Assembly (NCBI GenBank): GCA_964016885.1
Contig: OZ024741.1
Coordinates: 19,964,001 to 20,028,000 of the forward strand
Direction: 5' to 3'
DNA length: 64,000 nt
Source of the DNA: Eledone cirrhosa
Lineage: Eukaryota
Part shown: positions 23,485 through 36,200 of the stretch, one piece after another
Layout: every line of letters begins with the position of its first letter
Position numbering within the stretch: the first letter of the stretch is position 1
Made by a program: the position numbers and the translations under genes
The notes under the pieces: model-generated
Database searches by the model: none
Seen by the model: only the letters and a program-made list of their open reading frames with translations
What the model was told of the DNA's origin: nothing

Positions 23485-23958
23485 CAACACTGATACCACC
23501 AGTCTCCTTCTCTAGAACTTCATATCCAGATAAACACAACTTGGTACCAGTGCTTTTGGCCAGTCTGTTCGCTTGATTGATTGCTTCGCTTCCATATTTC
23601 GTAAAGTTCAGGTATAGAAATCAATGATAGCTAAAAAAAATAGAAAACTAAATCTGTGTACACATACATTAAATCTGTGTACACATACACACTTCTCACA
23701 TGAATTCTAAATCTGTGTACACATACACTAAATCTGTGTACACATACACACTTCTCTACATTAATTCTAAATCTGTGTACACATACACACATCTCTACAG
23801 TCATTCGTTATATCAAACTATAAAAACGTCGTTATGCTCCACTACCATCTTGGTATGCATGGTACTGTAACACCCGAGGGAGTGGTAGGGGTGCTGTATT
23901 GACATTGGGAGTTTCTAGGGTATCTTAAAACCTGGCACAGCCCATCTCCTCTCCAGAT
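23485..23958 (-). pseudogene. Candidate two-exon gene fragment (exons 23958-23846 and 23630-23485), apparently disrupted
   Basis: Two non-repetitive, GC-richer blocks. Each follows a pyrimidine tract and AG (..ctgtattcag; ttttctatttttttttag) and ends at GT. The 215-bp GT..AG intron holds a tandem repeat. No single fully open frame. Confidence 0.35.
23649..23795. repeat. Five copies of taaatctgtgtacacataca with 21/38-bp spacing
   Basis: Directly visible. Confidence 0.9.
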
Positions 23959-24029
23959 CTGAATACAGCAGATGTCTTCCAGAGAATGACAGAGAGTGAG
24001 AGAATGGAAGTGAGAAAGAGATATAGAGG

Positions 24030-24175
24030 AGGAATCGACCCCAGTACTAGACTGGTACTTTTTTATCGACATCGAATGGATGAAGGGCAAGTTGTCCTCG
24101 ACAGGATTTAAACTCAGAAAACAAAGAGCTGAAACAAATACCACAACGTTCTAATGACTCTACCAATTCGGCGCC
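24030..24175 (-). mobile_element. Older diverged SINE copy
   Basis: atcgaccccagt..actggtactt..ttatcgac..ggatgaagggcaag..cctcg..aggattt.aactcagaa. Confidence 0.7.
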
Positions 24176-24324
24176 TTAATACCCATCATGAAATATATCC
24201 AGCTACCTAAAGAGCTTGTCCTTGTTCGTACATGTTATAAGATACAACTAATCCACCAAAACTACTTTCATTATAACATACTTTGTCCTACACACTAACA
24301 TCTCTACCAAGTCACCGCAAAGAG

Positions 24325-24500
24325 TGACGAACACCATGCTTCGCAACATAGAGTTACGGCCCTTTACGTTATAAGTTCAAATCCCGCCGAGGTTAGTTTG
24401 GCCTTTCATTTTACAGGTACCAGTAACTAGCTAGGGTCTATTTAATCGACTCCCCCACCCCTAAAGTTGTTGGCCTTGTGTCTAAATCAGAAACCATTAT
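24325..24500 (+). mobile_element. Diverged SINE copy
   Basis: ccatgcttcgca..agttcaaatcccgccgaggtt..gcctttcat..gtaccagt..tggccttgtg..agaaaccattat. Confidence 0.75.
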
Positions 24501-24690
24501 TTTGTCTTTTGCTCTACAATTTCTCTCAATTTTCTCTCCTTTTTCTCTCCTTATAAAATACCAGTTATAAATATCTTTTCATTAAACACAACGACGGTTT
24601 TTGTATACATGAGGGGTGAATACTGTTGATTGTAATTATCACTAGTATATTACTGGTACTTAGTTTATTGTTCAAGTTAAATTGGAAAAT

Positions 24691-24872
24691 ATAATTGTTT
24701 CTACTTTTGGCTCAAGGCTAGCAATCACCTAGTGCATTACTGGTACATTATTTTATCGACCCCGTAAGGATGAAAGGCAAAGTTAACCTCGGTGGGATTT
24801 GATCTCAGAATGGAAAGGGGCGTAACTCTATGCATCAAAGCATGGTGTCCGACCCTCTACCGATACTGCCAA
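24691..24872 (-). mobile_element. tRNA-derived SINE, full-length
   Basis: Family sequence, reverse orientation. Confidence 0.88.
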
Positions 24873-25184
24873 ACAAAATATAAGGCTCGTTCACAGTAAG
24901 ATTAAAATTCTTCAATATTTTAAAGGATAAAACTAAAAGTTGTAAATCGTTTCACTGGAAGATGAAATATGAAAGGAAAACGATGAAACTGAAAACTATA
25001 AATCGTTTCACAGGGAGATGAAACATATGGAAGGCGTTCGTTCATCCATTTAAAATGTCTCATCGAAAATTGTATGAATGGTGTGGAATTTAAAGATGGA
25101 GGAGAAGTTACAGGGCGCCAGGAAAAAATATTCTAAACACTTTCTTTGTGGTTTTAGTCAGGAAGACAAATACTCTGCGCACGA

Positions 25185-28100
25185 CCACCAGAACCCCCCA
25201 CCACAACCACCCACTACAAAACCCCACCACAAAACCCCACCACAAGCCCCCACCACAAAACCTCACCACAAGACCCTACCACAAGACCCTACCACAAAAC
25301 CCCACCACAAATCACCACCTCAAAACCCCACCATAAAACACCACCACAACCCCCACCACAAAACCCCTCCACAAGACGCTACCACAAAACCCCACCACAA
25401 AACCCCACCACAAAACACCACCTCAAAACCCCACCACAAAACCCCACCACACCCCTCACCACAAAACACCACCACAAAACCCCACCACAAAACCCCACCA
25501 CAAAACACCACCTCAAAACCCCACCACAACCCCCACCACAAAACCCCACCACAAGACCCTACCACAAGACCCTACCACAAAACCCCACCACAAAACCCCA
25601 CCACAAAACACCACCTCAAAACCCCACCACAAACCCCACCACAAAACCCCACCACAAAACTCCACCACAACCCCCACCACAAACCCCCACCACAAACACC
25701 CACCACAACACCCCACCACAACCCCCACCACAAAACCCTACCACAAGACCCTACCACAAAACCCCACCACAAAACACCACCTCAAAATCCCACCACAAAA
25801 CCCCACCACAAAACCCCACCACAAAACCCCACCACAAGACCCTACCACAAGACCCTACCACAAAACCCCACCACAAAACCCCACCACAAAACACCACCTC
25901 AAAACCCCACCACAAACCCCACCACAAAACCCCACCACAAAACTCCACCACAACCCCCACCACAAACCCCCACCACAAACACCCACCACAACACCCCACC
26001 ACAACCCCCACCACAAAACCCTACCACAAGACCCTACCACAAAACCCCACCACAAAACACCACCTCAAAATCCCACCACAAAACCCCACCACAAAACCCC
26101 ACCACAAAACCCCACCACAAAACCCCACCACAACCCCCCACCACAAACACCCACCACAACCCACACCACAAAACCCCACCACAACCCACACCACAAAACC
26201 CTACCACAAAACCCCACCACAAAACCCCACCACAACCACCACCACAAAACCCCACCACAACCCCCACCACAAAACCACACCACAAAACCCCACCACAACC
26301 ACCACCACAAAACCCCACCACAAAACCCCACCACAACCCCCACCACAAAACCACACCACAAAACCCCACCACAACCACCACCACAAAACCCCACCACAAC
26401 CCCCACCACAAAACCACACCACAAAACCCCACCACAAAACCACACCACAAAACACCACCACAACCACCACCACAAAACCCCACCACAAAACCCCACCGCA
26501 ACCCCCACCACAAAACCCCACCACAAAACCCCACCACAACCACCACCACAAAACCCCACCACAACCCCCACCACAAAACCACACCACAAAACCCCACCAC
26601 AACCCCCACCACAAAACCCCACCACAACCCCCACCACAAAACCACACCACAAACCCCCACCACAAACACCCACCACAACACCCCACCACAACCCTCACCA
26701 CAAAACCCTACCACAAGACCCTACCACAAAACCCCACCACAAAACACCACCACAAACCCCACCACAAAACCCCACCACAACCACCACCACAAAACCCCAC
26801 CACAAAACCCCACCACAACCCCACCACAAAACCCCACCACAAAACCCTACCACAAAACCACACCACAAAACCCCACCACAAAACCACACCACAAAACCCC
26901 ACCACAAAACCATACCACAAAACCCTACCACAACCACCACCACAAAACCCCACCACAAAACCCTACCACAAAACCCCACCACAAAACCACACCACAAAAC
27001 CCTACCACAAAACCACACCACAAAACCCCACCACAAAACCACACCACAAAACCCCACCACAAAACCCCACCACAAAACCCCACCACAACCCCCACCACAA
27101 AACCCCACCACAAAACCCTACCACAAAACCACACCACAACCCCCACCACAAAACCACACCACAAAACCCCACCACGAAACCACACCACAAAACCCCACCA
27201 CAACCACCACCACAAAACCCTACCACAAAACCCCACCACAACCACCACCACAAAACCCCACCACAAAACCCCACCACAACCACCACCACAAAACCCCACC
27301 ACAAAACCCCACCACAACCACCACCACAAAACCCCACCACAAAACCCTACCACAAAACGACACCACAAAACCCCACCACAAAACCACACCACAAAACCCC
27401 ACCACAAAACCACACCACAAAACCCCACCACAACCACCACCACAAAACCCCACCACAGAACCCCACCACAAAACCCCACCACAAAACCCCACCACAAAAC
27501 CCCACCACAACCCCCACCACAAAACCACACCACAAAACCCTACCACAACCACCACCACAAAACCCCACCACAAAACCCTACCACAACCACCACCACAAAA
27601 CCACACCACAAAACCCTACCACAACCACCACCACAAAACCCCACCACAAAACCCTACCACAACCCCCACCACAAAACCCCACCACAAAACCCTACCACAA
27701 CCCCCACCACAAAACCCCACCACAAAACCCTACCACAACCACCACCACAAAACCCCACCACAAAACCCTACCACAACCCCCACCACAAAACCCTACCACA
27801 AAACCCTACCACAACCACCACCACAAAACCACACCACAAAAACCCACCACAACCCCCACCACAACCACCACCACAAAACCCCACCACAACCCCCACCACA
27901 ACCCCCACCACAACCACACCACAAAACCCTACCACAACCACCACCACAAAACCCCACCACAAAACCCTACCACAACCACCACCACAAAACCCCACCACAA
28001 AACCCTACCACAACCACCACCACAAAACCACACCACAAAACCCCACCACAACCCCCACCACAACCACCACCACAAAACCCCAACACAACCCCCACCACAA

Positions 28101-29968
28101 CCCCCACCACAAAACCACACCACAAAACCCCACCACAACCCCCACCACAACCACCACCACAAAACCCCACCACAACCCCCACCACAACCCCCACCACAAA
28201 ACCACACCACAAAACCCCACCACAACCCCCACCACAACCACCACCACAAAACCCCACCACAACCCCCACCACAACCCCCACCACAAAACCCCACCACAAA
28301 ACCCTACCACAACCACCACCACAAAACCTCACCACAAAACCCTACCACAACCCCCACCACAAAACCCCACGACAAAACCCTACCACAACCACCACCACAA
28401 AACCCCACCACAAAACCCTACCACAACCACCACCACAAAACCCCACCACAACCCCCACCACAACCCCCACCACAAAACCCCACCACAACCCCCACCACAA
28501 CCCCCACCACAAAACCACACCACAAAACCCTACCACAACCCCCACCACAAAACCCCACCACAAAACCCTACCACAACCACCACCACAAAACCCCACCACA
28601 AAACCCTACCACAACCACCACCACAAAACCCCACCACAAAACCCTACCACAACCACCACCACAAAACCCCACCACAAAACCCTACCACAACCACCACCAC
28701 AAAACCCCACCACAAAACCACACCACAAAACCCTACCACAACCACCACCACAAAACCCCACCACAAAACCCTACCACAACCACCACCACAAAACCACACC
28801 ACAAAACCCCACCACAACCCCCACCACAACCACCACCACAAAACCCCAACACAACCCCCACCACAACCCCCACCACAACCACACCACAAAACCCTACCAC
28901 AACCCCCACCACAACCACACCACAAAACCCTACCACAACCCCCACCACAAAACCCCACCACAAAACCCTACCACAACCACCACCACAAAACCCCACCACA
29001 AAACCCTACCACAACCCCCACCACAAAACCCCACCACAAAACCCTACCACAACCACCACCACAAAACCCCACCACAAAACCCTACCACAACCACCACCAC
29101 AAAACCCCACCACAAAACCACACCACAAAACCCTACCACAACCACCACCACAAAACCCCACCACAAAACCCTACCACAACCACCACCACAAAACCACACC
29201 ACAAAACCCTACCACAACCACCACCACAAAACCCCACCACAAAACCCTACCACAACCACCACCACAAAACCCCACCACAAAACCCTACCACAACCCCCAC
29301 CACAACCACACCACAAAACCCTACCACAACCCCCACCACAACCACACCACAAAACCCTACCACAACCCCCACCACAAAACCCCACCACAAAACCCTACCA
29401 CAACCACCACCACAAAACCCCACCACAAAACCCTACCACAACCCCCACCACAAAACCCCACCACAAAACCCTACCACAACCACCACCACAAAACCCCACC
29501 ACAAAACCCTACCACAACCACCACCACAAAACCCCACCACAAAACCACACCACAAAACCCTACCACAACCACCACCACAAAACCCCACCACAAAACCCTA
29601 CCACAACCACCACCACAAAACCACACCACAAAACCCCACCACAACCCCCACCACAACCACCACCACAAAACCCCAACACAACCCCCACCACAACCACACC
29701 ACAAAACCCTACCATAACCCCCACCACAACCACACCACAAAACCCTACCACAACCCCCACCACAACCACACCACAAAACCCTACCACAACCCCCACCACA
29801 ACCACACCACAAAACCCTACCACAACCCCCACCACAAAACCCTACCACAAAACCCCACCACAACCACCACCACAAAACCACACCACAAAACCACACCACA
29901 AAACCACACCACAAAACCCCACCACAAAACCCTACCACAACCACCACCACAACCACACCACAAAACTC
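25185..29968. repeat. C/A-rich satellite of about 4.8 kb, 12-13 bp units (CCACCACAAAACC, CTACCACAAAACC, CCACCACAACCA, CCACCACAACCC)
   Basis: Directly visible; almost no G and few T on the plus strand. Confidence 0.97.
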
Positions 29969-30255
29969 CAGCACATCCATTACATCTTATGAAGGGGAAA
30001 TCTGGCTTGATTAATGTGGAAATTGGTTATTAAGGAGCTATTGTATGTTAGAGGTGGTGTGTTCCTTCATTAGTGTAACGTCATGCACACTATTCACACT
30101 TAGCCGTAGCATGTTCCACACAATACATGTTGATTAATGATTTTAATTAGGATTTGATATTATTCTTTTCCAAATTTAATTTGTTTCTAGAATGTTGTAT
30201 TCAGTGAGGGGGAGAGGTGTGTACATGGCGGCGAGATAATGATGATGTATATTAA

Positions 30256-33200
30256 GTTATGATCGCTGTCGTTGTTAAGTTATCATCTCTGTCGTTGTTA
30301 AGTTATCATCTCTGTCGTTGTTAAGTTATCATCTCTGTCGTTGTTAAGTTATCATCGCTGTCGTTGTTAAGTTATCATCTCTGTCGTTGTTAAGTTATCA
30401 TCTCTGTCGTTGTTAAGTTATCATCTCTGTCGTTGTTAAGTTATCATCGCTGTCAATGTTAAGTTATCATCACTGTCGTTGTTAAGTTATCATCTCTGTC
30501 GTTGTTAAGTTATCATCTCTGTCGTTGTTAAGTTATCATCGCTGTCGTTGTTAAGTTATCATCGCTGTCGTTAAGTTATCATCTCTGTTGTTGTTAAGTT
30601 ATCATCTCTGTCGTTGTTAAGTTATCATCTCTGTCGTTGTTAAGTTATCATCGCTGTCGTTGTTAAGTTATCATCTCTGTCGTTGTTAAGTTATCATCGC
30701 TGTCGTTAAGTTATCATCTCTGTTGTTGTTAAGTTATCATCTCTGTCGTTGTTAAGTTATCATCACTGTCGTTGTTAAGTTATCATCTCTGTCGTTGTTA
30801 AGTTATCATCTCTGTCGTTGTTAAGTTATCATCGCTGTCGTTGTTAAGTTATCATCTCTGTCGTTGTTAAGTTATCATCTCTGTCGTTGTTAAGTTATCA
30901 TCTCTGTCGTTGTTAAGTTATCATCGCTGTCAATGTTAAGTTATCATCACTGTCGTTGTTAAGTTATCATCTCTGTCGTTGTTAAGTTATCATCTCTGTC
31001 GTTGTTAAGTTATCATCGCTGTCGTTGTTAAGTTATCATCGCTGTCGTTAAGTTATCATCTCTGTTGTTGTTAAGTTATCATCTCTGTCGTTGTTAAGTT
31101 ATCATCTCTGTCGTTGTTAAGTTATCATCGCTGTCGTTGTTAAGTTATCATCTCTGTCGTTGTTAAGCTATCATCGCTGTCGTTAAGTTATCATCTCTGT
31201 TGTTGTTAAGTTATCATCTCTGTCGTTGTTAAGTTATCATCACTGTCGTTGTTAAGTTATCATCTCTGTCGTTGTTAAGTTATCATCTCTGTCGTTGTTA
31301 AGTTATCATCGCTGTTGTTAAGTTATCATCACTGTTGTTGTTAAGTTATCATCTCTGTCGTTGTTAAGTTATCATCACTGTCGTTGTTAAGTTATCATCT
31401 CTGTCGTTGTTAAGTTATCATCTCTGTCGTTGTTAAGTTATCATCGCTGTCGTTGTTAAGTTATCATCGCTGTCGTTGTTAAGTTATCATCTCTGTCGTT
31501 GTTAAGTTATCATCGCTGTCGTTGTTAAGTTATCATCGCTGTCATTGTTAAGTTATCATCTCTGTCGTTGTTAAGTTATCATCGCTGTCGTTGTTAAGTT
31601 ATCATCGCTGTCGTTGTTAAGTTATCATCTCTGTCGTTGTTAAGTTATCATCGCTGTCGTTGTTAAGTTATCATCGCTGTCGTTGTTAAGTTATCATCTC
31701 TGTCGTTGTTAAGTTATCATCGCTGTCGTTGTTAAGTTATCATCGCTGTCGTTGTTAAGTTATCATCGCTGTCGTTGTTAAGTTATCAGCTCCGTCGTTG
31801 TTAAGTTATCATCGCAGTCGTTGTTAAGTTATCATCGCTGTCGTTAAGTTATCATCTCTGTTGTTGTTAAGTTATCATCTCTGTCGTTGTTAAATTATCG
31901 TCGCTGTCGTTGTTAAGTTATCATCTCTGTCGGTGTTAAGTTATCATCTCTGTCGTTGTTAAGTTATCATCACTGTCGTTGTTAAAGTATCATCTCTGTC
32001 GTTGTTAAGTTATCATCTCTGTCGTTGTTAAGTTCTCATCGCTGTCGTTGTTAAGTTATCATCACTGTCGTTGTTAAGTTATCATCACTGTCGTTGTTAA
32101 GTTCTCATCGCTGTCGTTGTTAAGTTATCATCACTGTCGTTGTTAAGTTATCATCACTGTCGTTGTTAAGTTATCATCGCTGTCGTTGTTAAGTTATCAT
32201 CACTGTCGTTGTTAAGTTATCATCGCTGACGATGTTAAGTTATCATCGCTGTCGTTGTTAAGTTATCATCACTGTCGTTGTTAAGTTATCATCTCTGTCG
32301 TGGTTAAGTTATCATCTCAGTCGTTGTTAAGTTATCATCGCTGTCGTTGTTAAGTTATCATCTCTGTCGTTGTTAAGTTATCATCGCTGTCGTTGTTAAG
32401 TTATCATCGCTGTCATTGTTAAGTTATCATCTCTGTCGTTGTTAAGTTATCATCGCTGTCGTGGTTAAGTTATCATCTCTGTCGTTGTTAAGTTATCATC
32501 GCTGTCGTTGTTAAGTTATCATATCTGTCTTTGTTAAGTTATCATCACTGTCGTTGTTAAGTTATCATCACTGTCGTTGTTAAGTTATCATCTCTGTCGT
32601 GGTTAAGTTATCATCTCAGTCGTTGTTAAGTTATCATCGCTGTCGTTGTTAAGATATCATCTCTGTCGTTGTTAAGTTATCATCGCTGTCGTTGTTAAGT
32701 TATCATCGCTGTCATTGTTAAGTTATCATCTCTGTCGTTGTTAAGTTATCATCGCTGTCGTGGTTAAGTTATCATCTCTGTCGTTGTTAAGTTATCATCG
32801 CTGTCGTTGTTAAGTTATCATATCTGTCTTTGTTAAGTTATCATCAGTGTCGTTGTTAAGTTATCATCACTGTCGTTGTTAAGTTATCATCTCTGTCGTT
32901 GGTAAGTTTTCATCAGTGCCCTTGTTAAGTTATCATCACTGTCGTTTTTAAATTATCATCACTGTTGTTGTTGAGTTATCATCACTGTCGTTGTTATGTT
33001 ATCATCTCTGTCGTTGTTAAGTTATCATCGCTGTCGTTTGTTAAGTTATCATCTCTGTCGTTGTTAAGTTATCATCGCTGTCGTTGTTAAGTTATCATCG
33101 CTGTCGTTGTTAAGTTATCATCTCTGTCGTTGTTAAGTTATCATCGCTGTCGTTGTTAAGTTATCATCGCTGTCGTTGTTAAGTTATCATCTCTGTCGTT

Positions 33201-36200
33201 GTTAAGTTATCATCGCTGTCGTTGTTAAGTTATCATCGCTGTCGTTGTTAAGTTATCATCGCTGTCGTTGTTAAGTTATCAGCTCCGTCGTTGTTAAGTT
33301 ATCATCTCTGTCGTTGTTAAGTTATCATCGCTGTCGTTAAGTTATCATCTCTGTTGTTGTTAAGTTATCATTTCTGTCGTTGTTAAATTATCATCGCTGT
33401 CGTTGTTAAGTTATCATCTCTGTCGGTGTTAAGTTATCATCTCTGTCGTTGTTAAGTTATCATCACTGTCGTTGTTAAAGTATCATCTCTGTCGTTGTTA
33501 AGTTATCATCTCTGTCGTTGTTAAGTTCTCATCGCTGTCGTTGTTAAGTTATCATCACTGTCGTTGTTAAGTTCTCATCGCTGTCGTTGTTAAGTTATCA
33601 TCACTGTCGTTGTTAAGTTATCATCACTGTCGTTGTTAAGTTATCATCGCTGTCGTTGTTAAGTTATCATCACTGTCGTTGTTAAGTTATCATCGCTGAC
33701 GATGTTAAGTTATCATCGCTGTCGTTGTTAAGTTATCATCACTGTCGTTGTTAAGTTATCATCTCTGTCGTGGTTAAGTTATCATCTCAGTCGTTGTTAA
33801 GTTATCATCGCTGTCGTTGTTAAGTTATCATCTCTGTCGTTGTTAAGTTATCATCTATCGTCGCTGTCGTGGTTAAGTTATCATCTCTGTCGTTGTTAAG
33901 TTATCATCGCTGTCGTTGTTAAGTTATCATATCTGTCTTTGTTAAATTATCATCACTGTCGTTGTTAAGTTATCATCACTGTCGTTGTTAAGTTATCATC
34001 TCTGTCGTTAGTAAGTTTTCATCAGTGCCCTTGTTAAGTTATCATCACTGTCGTTTTTAAATTATCATCACTGTTGTTGTTGAGTTATCATCACTGTCGT
34101 TGTTATGTTATCATCTCTGTCGTTGTTAAGTTATCATCACTGTCATTGTTAAGTTATCATCTCTGTCGTTGTTAAATTATCATCACTGTCGTGGTTAAGT
34201 TATCATCTCTGTCGTTAAGTTATCATCTCTGTCGTTGTTAAGTTATCATCTCTGTCGTTGTTAAGTTATCATCACTGTCGTTAAGTTATCATCTCTGTCG
34301 TTGTTAAGTTATCATCACTGTCGTTGTTAAGCAATCATCTCTGTCGTTGTTAAGTTATCATCTCTGTCGTTGTTAAGTTATCATCACTGTCGTTGTTAAG
34401 TTATCATATCTCTCGTTGTTAAGTTATCAACGCTATCATTGTTAAGTTATCATCTCTGTCTTTGTTAAGTTATCATCACTGTTGTAGTTAAGTTATCATC
34501 ACTGTCGTTGTTAAGTTATCATATCTGTCGTTGTTAAGTTATCAACGCTGTCATTGTTAAGTTATCATCGCTGTCGTTAAGTTATCATCTCTGTCTTTGT
34601 TAAGTTATCATCACTGTCGTTGTTAAGTTATCATTACTGTCGTTGTTAAGTTATCATCTTTGTCGTTTTTAAATTATCATCACTGTCGTTGTTAAGTTAT
34701 CATCTCTGTCGTTAAGTTATCATCTCTGTCTTTGTCAAGTTATCATCACTGTCGTTGTTAAGTTATCATCACTGTCGTTGTTAAGTTATCATCTCTGTCG
34801 TTGTTAAGTTATCATCAGTGCCCTTGTTAAGTTATCATCACTGTCGTTTTTAAATTATCATCACTGTTGTTGTTAAGTTATCATCACTGTCGTTGTTATG
34901 TTATCATCTCTGTCGTTGTTAAGTTATCATCACTGTCATTGTTAAGTTGTCAGCACTGTCGTTGTTAAGTTATCATCACTGTCGTTGAGTTATCATCGCT
35001 GTCGTTGTTAAGTTATCATCGCTGTCGTTGTTAAGTTATCATCTCTGTCGTTGTTAAGTTATCATTGCTGTCGTTGTTAAGTTATCATCTCTGTCGTTGT
35101 TAAATTCTCATCGCTGTCGTTGTTAAGTTATCATCTCTGTCGTTGTTAAGTTATTATCACTGTCATTGTTAAGTTGTCATCACTGTCGTTGTTAAGTTAT
35201 CATCGCTGTCTTTAAGTTATCCTCGCTGTCGTTGTTAAGTTATCATCTCTGTCGTTGTAAAGTTATCATCGCTGTCGTTGTTAAGGTATTATCTCTGTCG
35301 TTGTTAAGTTATTATCTCTGTTGTTGTTAAGTTATCATCTCTGTCGTTGTTAAGTTATTATCTCTGTCGTTGTTCCGTTATCATCGCTGTCGTTGTTAAG
35401 TTATCATCTCTGTCGTTGTTAAGTTATCATCTCTGTCGTTGTTAAGTTATCATCTCTGTCGTTGTTAAATTCTCATCGCTGTCGTTGTTAAGTTGTCATC
35501 GCTGTCGTTGTTAAGTTATCATCTCTGTCGTTGTTAAGTTATCATAGCTGTCGTTGTTAAGTTATCATCGATATCGTCGTTAAGTTATCATCGCTGTCGT
35601 TGTTAAGTTATCAGCTCTGTCGTTGTTAAGTTATCATCGCAGTCGTTGTTAAGTTATCATCGCTGTCGTTAAGTTATCATCTCTGTTGTTGTTAAGTTAT
35701 CATCTCTGTCGTTGTTAAATTATCATCGCTGACGTTGTTAAGTTATCATCTCTGTCGTTGTTAAGTTATCATCTCTGTCGTTGTTAAGTTATCATCACTG
35801 TCGTTGTTAAATTATCATCTCTGTCGTTGTTAAGTTATCATCTCTGTCGTTGTTAAGTTCTCATCGCTGTCGTTGTTAAGTTATCATCACTGTCGTTGTT
35901 AAGTTATCATCACTGTCGTTGTTAAGTTCTCATCGCTGTCGTTGTTAAGTTATCATCACTGTCGTTGTTAAGTTATCATCACTGTCGTTGTTAAGTTATC
36001 ATCGCTGTCGTTGTTAAGTTATCATCACTGTCGTTGTTAAGTTATCATCGCTGACGATGTTAAGTTATCATCGCTGTCGTTGTTAAGTTATCATCACTGT
36101 CGTTGTTAAGTTATCATCTCTGTCGTGGTTAAGTTATCATCTCAGTCGTTGTTAAGTTATCATCGCTGTCGTTGTTAAGTTATCATCTCTGTCGTTGTTA

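Noticed and set aside
25078-30033. 1651-aa Pro/Thr/His/Lys-rich ORF resembling an extensin or mucin
   Set aside because: It lies almost entirely in a satellite lacking T and G on the plus strand, so stops cannot form. The 13-bp units cycle the peptide through all three frames, so there is no codon-level constraint.
25185-30255. True telomeric repeat
   Set aside because: No TTAGGG/CCCTAA arrays, units are heterogeneous, and the tract is internal.
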